A stretch of DNA of 64,000 nucleotides from IMG/VR virus record IMGVR_UViG_3300034102_002845; one strand, given 5' to 3'. Positions 27,208 to 34,275 of the stretch are shown in pieces (positions within the stretch are counted from its first letter, which is position 1; each line of letters starts with the position of its first letter). The position numbers and the translations under genes were made by a program. This DNA comes from a virus (lineage: Duplodnaviria; Heunggongvirae; Uroviricota; Caudoviricetes). The notes beneath the pieces are model-generated. The model was not told the origin of the DNA. It did no database searches and worked only from the letters and a program-made list of their open reading frames with translations.

Positions 27208-27283
27208 AGGGGTGGTTGAGAGAGGGCTTCGCCCTCACCTCCTCCCCGCTTTTGCGAAAGCAAAAGGCAACTTGAAAATTTAA
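27208..27283 (+). promoter_or_regulatory. tRNA-operon leader 3 with GAAA hairpin and boxA-like GCAACTTGAAAATTTAA
   Basis: conserved leader. Confidence 0.75.
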
Positions 27284-27288
27284 TACGG

Positions 27289-27360
27289 GGGGCATTAACT
27301 CAGCGGTAGAGTATCCGGCTTTTAACCGGTCAGTCCTCGGTTCGAATCCGAGATGCCCCA
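27289..27360 (+). tRNA. trnK: tRNA-Lys(TTT)
   Basis: loop CTTTTAA. Confidence 0.9.
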
Positions 27361-27427
27361 TTTTCTGCTTTGCAGAAAAACGGCAGCACGTTCAGGGACC
27401 GATTCAATTCCGGTCAACAGAGTTAAC

Positions 27428-27586
27428 GGGAAATTAGCTCAGCGGTAGAGCCCTGGGCACATTACCCAGGTGAGTGCTTCAGTACGAGTGTCGAATGGCG
27501 GATTGATCCCCGACCTTCGCCTTTGTAACAGCACGCTCACAACCTGATCAGTTGAGAGAGCGTTGGTTCGATTCCAACATATCCCA
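27428..27586 (+). ncRNA. 159-nt tRNA(CAT)-like RNA with 92-nt variable-region insert
   Basis: CTGGG-CACATTA-CCCAG arm, normal D and T arms, insert 27470-27561. Confidence 0.7.
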
Positions 27587-27636
27587 TTGAAAACCTTTCG
27601 GTTTTCTAGCTACAAACTTACCGTGTTATGGTAATT

Positions 27637-27724
27637 GGAGAGAGTCCGGCTGGACGAGGAGACCGTCTTGAAAACGGTTACAGGGGGGAGACCCCCTGCG
27701 CAGGTTCGATTCCTGTTCTCTCCG
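27637..27724 (+). tRNA. trnS: tRNA-Ser(TGA)
   Basis: loop CTTGAAA; long variable arm. Confidence 0.85.
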
Positions 27725-27769
27725 TTTGCCCCACTGTGGGCAATCTGTTCACCCCACTGTGGTTGAAGT

Positions 27770-27841
27770 GCGAATGTAACTCAGCGGTAGAGTACCTCGT
27801 TGCCAACGAGAATGTCGAGGGTTCAAATCCCTTCATTCGCT
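27770..27841 (+). tRNA. trnG: tRNA-Gly(GCC)
   Basis: loop TTGCCAA. Confidence 0.9.
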
Positions 27842-27869
27842 CTTTCCCTTAAATAGGGATCACAGTCAA

Positions 27870-27951
27870 GCCCGCCTGGTGAAATTGGTATATACGCTAG
27901 TTTTAGGAACTAGTGCCGAAAGGCGTGGGAGTTCGAGTCTCCCGGCGGGTA
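27870..27951 (+). tRNA. trnL: tRNA-Leu(TAG)
   Basis: loop TTTAGGA; long variable arm. Confidence 0.9.
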
Positions 27952-28001
27952 TGTTCTCTTTACGGAGAACTCTAGCTCCTTGACTTAATTCAGGGTGCAA
28001 A

Positions 28002-28120
28002 GAGCAAGTAGCTCAGTTGGTAGAGCGGCAACCTCCTCTGAGTCTCGCAAGAGACTCTCGGTAAAGGACCGTAACGCTGGAGGGCAAAGCAAGCCGTTGG
28101 TTCAAGTCCAACCTTGCTCC
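28002..28120 (+). ncRNA. 119-nt tRNA scaffold with anticodon arm replaced by a branched domain
   Basis: GAGCAAG/CTTGCTC acceptor, canonical D and T arms, GAGTCTC-GCAA-GAGACTC hairpin. Confidence 0.7.
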
Positions 28121-28195
28121 TTTCCTTGCTACCTCAGCCAAGGGTTTACTTCCCCCTTGGGAAGCTATCATAGCTTCTATACTCAAGGCAGCCGC

Positions 28196-28266
28196 TTCGA
28201 AGTCGTCTAACGGTAGGACACCTCCCTTTGAAGGAGATTATATAGGTCCGAATCCTATCTTCGAAA
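28196..28266 (+). tRNA. trnQ: tRNA-Gln(TTG)
   Basis: loop CTTTGAA. Confidence 0.8.
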
Positions 28267-28317
28267 CTTGCCTTGAGAAGTTTACTCCTAGCTAAAAACG
28301 CTATAGTAAAGGTGTAA

Positions 28318-28391
28318 CGCGGACGAGTGTCACGGTAGTCACGCTGGGCCCATAACCCAGAGGAGCAGGGGTTCAATTCCCCGGTCCGCCA
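28318..28391 (+). tRNA. trnfM: initiator tRNA-fMet(CAT)
   Basis: unpaired position 1; three consecutive G-C pairs in the anticodon stem. Confidence 0.8.
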
Positions 28392-28413
28392 TTGTTTTGC
28401 TTTCGCAAAACTT

Positions 28414-28464
28414 AGGTGATTCAGCGATTCATACCTCACTTTCTTTGGTAGAAAACAATCATCT
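28414..28464 (+). ncRNA. 50-nt repeated structured element, copy 1
   Basis: GRTGATT-CAGCGATTCA...TTTC-TTTGGTA-GAAA..AATCATC. Confidence 0.75.
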
Positions 28465-28495
28465 AGCCTAACTTTGTTGGGAACTCTCAAAGCAT

Positions 28496-28568
28496 GGTGG
28501 TAGAAGCCTAAGGGATGGGCAACTGGTTGTGAACCAGTAATTAGCGGGTTCGAGTCCCGTCTATCACC
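28496..28568 (+). tRNA. trnH: tRNA-His(GTG) with encoded G-1
   Basis: loop TTGTGAA; C73. Confidence 0.85.
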
Positions 28569-28603
28569 CTTTTCGCTTACGCGAAATTACACTAAAGCAA
28601 AAT

Positions 28604-28676
28604 GCGGTCGTAACTCAGTCGGTAGAGTGTCTTCCTTCCAAGTAGAAAGTCGCGTGTTCGAGTCACGTCGACAGCT
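28604..28676 (+). tRNA. trnG: tRNA-Gly(TCC)
   Basis: loop CTTCCAA. Confidence 0.8.
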
Positions 28677-28707
28677 CTTTTCTCTCACGAGAAAACTCAA
28701 GTAAAAT

Positions 28708-28789
28708 GCGGGTATAGCTCAGCGGTAGAGCACTTGTTTTCCAAACAAGAGGCGAATAGTTCACGCAGGTTCAAATCCTGTTACCCGCT
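28708..28789 (+). tRNA. trnG: tRNA-Gly(TCC) with 15-nt variable region
   Basis: CTTGT-TTTCCAA-ACAAG; GCGAA-TAG-TTCAC arm. Confidence 0.8.
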
Positions 28790-28820
28790 CTTTTCTCTCA
28801 CGAGAAAACTTAAGTAAAAT

Positions 28821-28891
28821 GCCGGAGTCGTCTAGTGGTAAGACTACTGCTTCCAAACCAGAAAACGGGGGTTCGATTCCTCTCTCCGGTG
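28821..28891 (+). tRNA. trnW: tRNA-Trp(CCA), weak anticodon stem
   Basis: loop TTCCAAA by canonical numbering; G73. Confidence 0.6.
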
Positions 28892-28957
28892 TAGTTTGCA
28901 CGGAAAAAGGACGGTTTAGACCCCTGTGTCTGCCTCGCAAAACGCTATGCATACCTT

Positions 28958-29167
28958 ATGGAAAACAGCCCATCTTGGCACTCGTACAAAGCCGTCAACA
29001 TAGACGGGATCTACTACAACACACCCTTCATTAAAGAGGTTGTCGAGCAGTTGATCCGGAAAAGCTTCCTCGTTCGATCCGGACTTGATGAATATTCCCT
29101 TGCCGAGGTCTTTGCACTCAAAGTTCTTGACGGTAGTAACAAGCTTCCTTCTGAAAACGGGCGGTAA
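28958..29167 (+). CDS. hypothetical protein (probably leaderless)
   Basis: ATG 6 nt after -10-like hexamer. Confidence 0.55.
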   Translation: MENSPSWHSYKAVNIDGIYYNTPFIKEVVEQLIRKSFLVRSGLDEYSLAEVFALKVLDGSNKLPSENGR

Positions 29168-29226
29168 ACCGCCCTTTCCCTTTCCGAGGAAAGGCGCTAT
29201 GATTGCACTGTAGCCGGAACAAACTA

Positions 29227-29397
29227 ATGACCTTTTATCTCAAGAAAGCCGTGACCGGGGATTCTGTTGGGGGTGAAAGCTACCCAAGCTACGGCGAGGC
29301 AATAAACGCAGCTCGCGACATTTCCCGCTCAACTGGTGAGGACATTTACATTGTCGATGCAGTTACGGGGGCGGTGTGGGACACCGTATTAACCTGA
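29227..29397 (+). CDS. small hypothetical protein
   Basis: after promoter. Confidence 0.5.
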   Translation: MTFYLKKAVTGDSVGGESYPSYGEAINAARDISRSTGEDIYIVDAVTGAVWDTVLT

Positions 29398-29458
29398 AGG
29401 CCCCCAGCAAAGGGACGGTAAACCGCCCTTTCGCCCCACGGAGAAACCGGTTATACTA

Positions 29459-29527
29459 AAGGAGTGGTTGGGAAGCTCGGCTTCCGCCTCGCTTCCGCTC
29501 TTGCGGGGGGGCAACTTGAAAATTTAA
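29459..29527 (+). promoter_or_regulatory. tRNA-operon leader 4 with boxA-like GCAACTTGAAAATTTAA
   Basis: near copy of leader 2. Confidence 0.75.
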
Positions 29528-29532
29528 ACATT

Positions 29533-29614
29533 GCCGGCCTGGCGGAATTGGTAGTCGCGCCTGACTCAAAATCAGGTTCCGAAAGGAGTGAGAGTTCGAG
29601 TCTCTCGGTCGGTA
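29533..29614 (+). tRNA. trnL: tRNA-Leu(CAA)
   Basis: loop CTCAAAA; long variable arm. Confidence 0.9.
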
Positions 29615-29725
29615 TGTTCTCTTAACGAGAACTTTAAACAATGCCCTGGTAGCTTGGTGTACCAGACTCGAGAGTTCAAGTATCTCATCGGGTGTAGTCC
29701 GGGTAAAACTTCTTAGCATTGCGCT

Positions 29726-30475
29726 TTGAAGATGGAGCCACGGATCTATTTATACCGGATAACTTTTGAAGGTAGACCCGAATGGTATTTGGGTATACAT
29801 AAAGAGAAAAAATTTGACGAGTACTATATGGGTTCTCCATGTACTCACAAGGAATTTTGGAAACTTCATACGCCTATAAAAGAGATTCTAGAAACTTTCG
29901 ACAACTCTGAAAAGGGTTGGAAAACAGCCAATATGCGGGAGCAAGAGCTAATTTCTCCTCACCTGAACGATCCCCTATGCTTGAACGAGAATTGCGGATC
30001 AGTAACTTCTTTGGCAGTTAGATCTAACACCATGAAGAGGCTAAATAAACTATGGTGGTCCGACGAAAAACACAGAGCCATGCTTTCTAAAGCCAGAAAA
30101 CTCCAGTGGCAAAACCCGGAGTATAAAGAATTCATGCTTAAAAGAGCGTCTGAAGCTAATTTAAAGAGATACGCTTGCGGGGCCGAAAGGGAAAGGATGT
30201 CCAACACAATGACAGAAAAGTGGAAAGACCCTGAGTTTAGAGACAAAATGAGGTCCCTTAATAGTTCTCACAGACTGTCCGATGAAACTATAAAGGAAAG
30301 ATTTGAAAAAGTCAAAACTGCCGGGATAGACCTAAGTAAGTATGGTTGGGTACAAAAGGTATCTAACCTTTGGGGAGTTTCCCATACTCAGGTTAAAAGA
30401 GTATTTAAAAAGCACTGGAAGGGGGAACCCCCTTACTCCAGGAAGCTTTCTACTAAGGCACTGTTGGCCCCCTGA
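29726..30475 (+). mobile_element. free-standing homing endonuclease-like gene (paralog of 9018)
   Basis: RIYLYRITFE...YLGIHKEKKFDEYYMGSP; WKDPEFR repeats. Confidence 0.7.
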
Positions 30476-30673
30476 CCAGAAAGATACAGCGTGCCCTGTT
30501 TAAGGGACACCCCGTGTACGAAAAAGAGCGGGGTGCAAGGTTAGTGAGAAACCTGACATGAGCCGATAACTCACTGTGGGCGAGGTGTTTGCTATAGCCC
30601 AGCAAAAGTCCAGGAGTGGTTTCCTGGCAGCCCCTTAGGGGGTGAAAGACCTTGGTGAAAACCCAAGGCGAAA

Positions 30674-30745
30674 GGTTTCATAGTGTAGCGGCTAACACAC
30701 CTCTCTGTCTAAGAGGAAGCAGGGGTTCGAATCCCCTTGGAACCG
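30674..30745 (+). tRNA. trnD: tRNA-Asp(GTC)
   Basis: CCTCT-CTGTCTA-AGAGG. Confidence 0.9.
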
Positions 30746-30800
30746 TTTTGCTAACGCAAAACCCAAAGCCATGGGATACTGATGGTAACAAAGGTGTGAT

Positions 30801-30870
30801 TCCTTAGGTTAAGCGACTGCAATCGCGTAAACCCTCCTTAAAATGGTATTTGCAGATACTGTGCTAGGGA
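30801..30870 (+). ncRNA. candidate kissing-loop RNA
   Basis: hairpin loops CTGCAA and TTGCAG are complementary; TCCTTAG/CTAGGGA closure. Confidence 0.5.
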
Positions 30871-30874
30871 GTTT

Positions 30875-30945
30875 TGGGTGCTAGCTCAATGGCAGAGCGT
30901 CCTCTGAGATGGGGAAGGTTGCGGGTTCGAGTCCCGTGCGCCCAG
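30875..30945 (+). tRNA. class I tRNA, anticodon probably GAG (Leu-like), G73; identity uncertain
   Basis: good acceptor, D and T arms; imperfect anticodon stem. Confidence 0.55.
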
Positions 30946-31004
30946 TTTGCCTTCGGGGTTCCCTCAAGGGTAACAACTTTCCAGGGCACGAACCTTGGTC
31001 ACAA

Positions 31005-31076
31005 CGGAAATGAGCTTGAAGGGTAAAGCGCACGGTTGAAGCCCGTGAGTACTCGGTTCGATGCCGAGATTTCCGA
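31005..31076 (+). tRNA. trnF: tRNA-Phe(GAA)
   Basis: CACGG-TTGAAGC-CCGTG. Confidence 0.85.
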
Positions 31077-31115
31077 TCTTCCCTTCACAGGGTAGAAATG
31101 CGATAGCATTTTCGA

Positions 31116-31165
31116 AGATGATTCAGCGATTCACAAATTTCTTTTTGGTAGAAAAACAATCATCT
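31116..31165 (+). ncRNA. 50-nt repeated structured element, copy 2
   Basis: near-identical to copy 3. Confidence 0.75.
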
Positions 31166-31284
31166 TGTTTAACCCACGGTTACAAGCTTCGGAACTGACT
31201 TAGAAAGTGGTGCCGACACTGCTCACAGTTTTAACTGAAGAGTTAAGTCAATCTCCTTGACCGTGGCGGGTAAACGGTCTATAA

Positions 31285-31356
31285 CGGAATGTAGCTCAGA
31301 GGGAGAGCGCTCGTCTGGGGGGCGAGAAGTCGTCGGTTCGATCCCGGCCATTCCGA
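31285..31356 (+). tRNA. trnP: tRNA-Pro(GGG)
   Basis: C1-G72; loop CTGGGGG. Confidence 0.85.
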
Positions 31357-31530
31357 TACCAACCGCAATGGGCCCTATGCGGTTGGGTTCGCCGAGCAAG
31401 TGACGAAAATCCCTAAATTCACCGATCTTGAAAGTAGTTGGATTTAGCATAGGGAAACTAACAAACTTGCAACTGGTAGAGCAATTTGCCCCTAGTAGGG
31501 TAAAACACCTAAGTTACACGCTTAGCGCAA

Positions 31531-31603
31531 GGGGCCATAGCTCAATTGGTAGAGCACCTGTTTTGCAAGCAGGGGGTATGGGGATCGTAACCCCATGGTT
31601 CCA
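31531..31603 (+). tRNA. trnA: tRNA-Ala(TGC), T loop ATCGTAA
   Basis: G3.U70; loop TTTGCAA. Confidence 0.8.
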
Positions 31604-31663
31604 CTCGGGGAATACCCCACCCGGTCTGTCCGTCCGGGTCTATATAAGACGAAACGGCTCTAA

Positions 31664-31735
31664 CCGGGGGTAGCTCAGAGGAAGAGCACTGGTTTTGGGA
31701 ACCAGAAGTCGGGATTTCGAAATTCCCCTCTCGGA
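31664..31735 (+). tRNA. trnP: tRNA-Pro(TGG)
   Basis: CTGGT-TTTGGGA-ACCAG. Confidence 0.85.
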
Positions 31736-31757
31736 CTGTTTTGCGAATGCAAAACTA

Positions 31758-31806
31758 AGATGATTCAGCGATTCACAATTTCTTTTTGGTAGAAAAACAA
31801 TCATCT
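31758..31806 (+). ncRNA. 50-nt repeated structured element, copy 3
   Basis: near-identical to copy 2. Confidence 0.75.
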
Positions 31807-31839
31807 TGTACAACCTTTGAGTCACAGCTCAAAGTAAAA

Positions 31840-31922
31840 GGGTGTGTGCCCGAGCGGTCGAAGGGAACCGGCTGTAACCCGGTTTGTTATGCACACGTAG
31901 GTTCGAATCCTTACCACACCCA
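31840..31922 (+). tRNA. trnY: tRNA-Tyr(GTA)
   Basis: loop CTGTAAC; long variable arm. Confidence 0.9.
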
Positions 31923-31967
31923 TTGTTTTGCTAGCGCAAACCCCCCCGTAAACCACGGTACTCTAAA

Positions 31968-32546
31968 ATGAGTCACGACGAAGACTATGAGTTTGAAAAA
32001 GCCTATTGGGGCGACTGTTGCAATACTTACGACGAAGAAACGAAGCAGTTTGTCTACGGGAGACTAATGGGATTGCGTCAGACTCACTACGGTTTTGACG
32101 TGGCCGGAAAGAGAGTCCTTGATATTGGGGGTGGCCCGAGTAGTCTTCTCCTAAAAGCTGTAAACCTATCTGAAGGAAAAGTTGTAGACCCGATTGCCTA
32201 CCCCCAATGGACCGTTGACCGGTACGAGACTAAAAACATCTCGGTTTCGGTTTCGCTGGGGGAAGACATTGAAGAGGAAGGGTGGGACGAGGTATGGATG
32301 TACAATTGCCTCCAGCACACCGTAGACCCTGCAAAGATCATTCGTAACGCCCTGAGAGCCGCACCGATTTTCCGAATTTTCGAATGGGTAGACGTCCCGG
32401 CCCACGAAGGCCACCCTCACAAACTCACCGAAGTTTCTCTGAATGAGTGGATAGGCCAGCTAGGTTGCACCGCCAATCTGTCCGAGTTCGGGTGCTACGG
32501 ACGAGCCTACTACGGGTGTTTTCAAACTCGTTGCCCTAACCCTTAG
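31968..32546 (+). CDS. class I SAM-dependent methyltransferase
   Basis: RVLDIGGG motif I; WDEVWMYNCLQH. Confidence 0.8.
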   Translation: MSHDEDYEFEKAYWGDCCNTYDEETKQFVYGRLMGLRQTHYGFDVAGKRVLDIGGGPSSLLLKAVNLSEGKVVDPIAYPQWTVDRYETKNISVSVSLGEDIEEEGWDEVWMYNCLQHTVDPAKIIRNALRAAPIFRIFEWVDVPAHEGHPHKLTEVSLNEWIGQLGCTANLSEFGCYGRAYYGCFQTRCPNP

Positions 32547-32861
32547 ATAGCAAGGTTAACCAAATCGCCCTAGGGCGGTTTACCGCCCTTGCACCGACGG
32601 TTTCCACCCTTGTTTCTGCGGGACAGAAACGCTATAGTAGTTAGGTTGGAACCAAAGCACCATGGACCCCCCTGAACCAAAACCTTAGTCTGACCGACCG
32701 TGTCTGGCGGTTTGCCGCAGATCACGTTGACCCAGACCCCTTAATTCAGGCTAGATTCCTATCCCTTGTCTCAGCTCTCCTGGACGCAGGGATCGAGTCA
32801 GGACGCGAAGCTGAACCCGTGGGTTAACACCCCACCCACCCCTTGACCCTTAGAGCCAACG

Positions 32862-33062
32862 ATGAAAATCAAAGCAATCACCCCTATGGGTACTTTCCTC
32901 TCTGTAGAGCTTCACATAACGGACCTCAAAAGACACTGTCTCGAAGAGACGTTGACTACGAAGATGAAAGATCTTAAGTTCTTCAACTTTGTTACTGATG
33001 AGGGTCCGACCTATTTGGGTACGGACGTGATTCAAAACTCCGTTTTTGTCCTCCTGGGTTGA
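32862..33062 (+). CDS. hypothetical protein
   Basis: ORF. Confidence 0.45.
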   Translation: MKIKAITPMGTFLSVELHITDLKRHCLEETLTTKMKDLKFFNFVTDEGPTYLGTDVIQNSVFVLLG

Positions 33063-33174
33063 AAGCGATAGGGCACAGGTTTCACTAACGTAAAACACTT
33101 AGAGTCCCACACCCTTAGAGGTGGTGACCACCTTGACTCCCTGAGACTTCTTCATGAAGATCTTCCAAATAAAC

Positions 33175-33246
33175 ACTCGGTTAGCTCAGCGGTAGAGCGC
33201 CCTCCTTACAAGTGGGATGTCGCCGGTTCAATCCCGGCACCGAGTA
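33175..33246 (+). tRNA. trnV: tRNA-Val(TAC)
   Basis: loop CTTACAA. Confidence 0.9.
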
Positions 33247-33332
33247 TTTGGAGCCTTCCTTGAAAAGATCGCTCCTTCGCATCCCAGGTATGAAGCCACC
33301 ATACCAACCCCCTGGACTTAAATCCACGGCAA

Positions 33333-33403
33333 GCCCCTATAGCTCAGTGGCAGAGTGCCTCTTTGGTAAGGAGGAGACGCGAGTTCAACTCTCGCTGGGG
33401 GCT
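33333..33403 (+). tRNA. trnT: tRNA-Thr(GGT)
   Basis: loop TTGGTAA. Confidence 0.9.
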
Positions 33404-33408
33404 TTTCT

Positions 33409-33792
33409 TTGAGTGCGAGTATTTGTATGGATCCCTCACGAGCCTTGCTCCTTGTGACTTTGCTCCTTGTCAAGCACTTTGTTGTGGACTGGTTGTTGCA
33501 AACAGACGACGAGGTGAAGCACAAGGGCACCTACCTCCATCCCAATGGAATACAGCACTCGGCGAAGCACGCACTTGCAACAATGCTCGTGTTCCTTCCC
33601 TTCTTCCCTCCTGAGTCTATCTTCTTAGGGTTGATTGACGGTGTGCTACATTATCACATTGACTGGCTAAAGCAAAATCTTGCTCGAACCCTAAGGCTCT
33701 CACCAACCAACAAGGAGTTCTGGGTGCTCATCGGCATTGACCAGCTTCTTCACCAACTCACTTACTTGGCCTTGGTCTTTTCACAGATTTAA
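33409..33792 (+). CDS. DUF3307-like membrane protein
   Basis: KHFVVDWLLQ...HYHIDW.K...IGIDQLLH. Confidence 0.75.
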   Translation: MSASICMDPSRALLLVTLLLVKHFVVDWLLQTDDEVKHKGTYLHPNGIQHSAKHALATMLVFLPFFPPESIFLGLIDGVLHYHIDWLKQNLARTLRLSPTNKEFWVLIGIDQLLHQLTYLALVFSQI

Positions 33793-33918
33793 CGCCATAG
33801 GAGTCCTGCAGAAGCTGAAAGAGTTTGTAATTTCCCGTTCGGTTGAAGGCGGTTAACCGCCCAGCCTTGGCCGGTTCCCCGGCTTGTTTCTACCCCGCAG
33901 AAACGGTATAGTAAGTGC

Positions 33919-34086
33919 ATGGAAGAAACCACCAAGCAACAAATCCTCCGACTCATTCAGTCGGAGAAGGAAGCCCGGTCCAAGGCACTGTCCGGTCAGA
34001 TGGGAACCAAACAAGCCTACGGCTTCATCGCCGGTTACACGGAGTCAATCCTTGCTCAGATAGAGCAATTGCTCACGGAGCCTTGA
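33919..34086 (+). CDS. 55-aa hypothetical protein (probably leaderless; not in ORF track)
   Basis: ATGGAA 6 nt after TATAGT; MEETTKQQILRL... Confidence 0.5.
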   Translation: MEETTKQQILRLIQSEKEARSKALSGQMGTKQAYGFIAGYTESILAQIEQLLTEP

Positions 34087-34154
34087 GGTTTAGACGGGTT
34101 ACCTCCCCCGTAAACCCGCTAAGGTTGAACCAGGGGGAAACAACCCCGAAGCAC

Positions 34155-34228
34155 GTTCCAGTCGCCAAGTGGTTAAGGCGCGGGCCTGCAAAGTCCGTAT
34201 TTCGTCGGTTCGACTCCGACCTGGAACT
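34155..34228 (+). tRNA. trnC: tRNA-Cys(GCA)
   Basis: loop CTGCAAA; U73. Confidence 0.9.
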
Positions 34229-34275
34229 TTCCCCTCAAAGGGAATCCAACGCCATCTCTCTACTCCCAGAATACA

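Noticed and set aside
31196-31250. Possible type II hammerhead (TGACTTA-GAAA-stem III-CTC...CTGAAGA-GTTAAGTCA)
   Set aside because: Core-like words and stems II and III are present, but stem I cannot form and the 10.1-11.1 pair fails. A near miss that is still worth a cleavage test.
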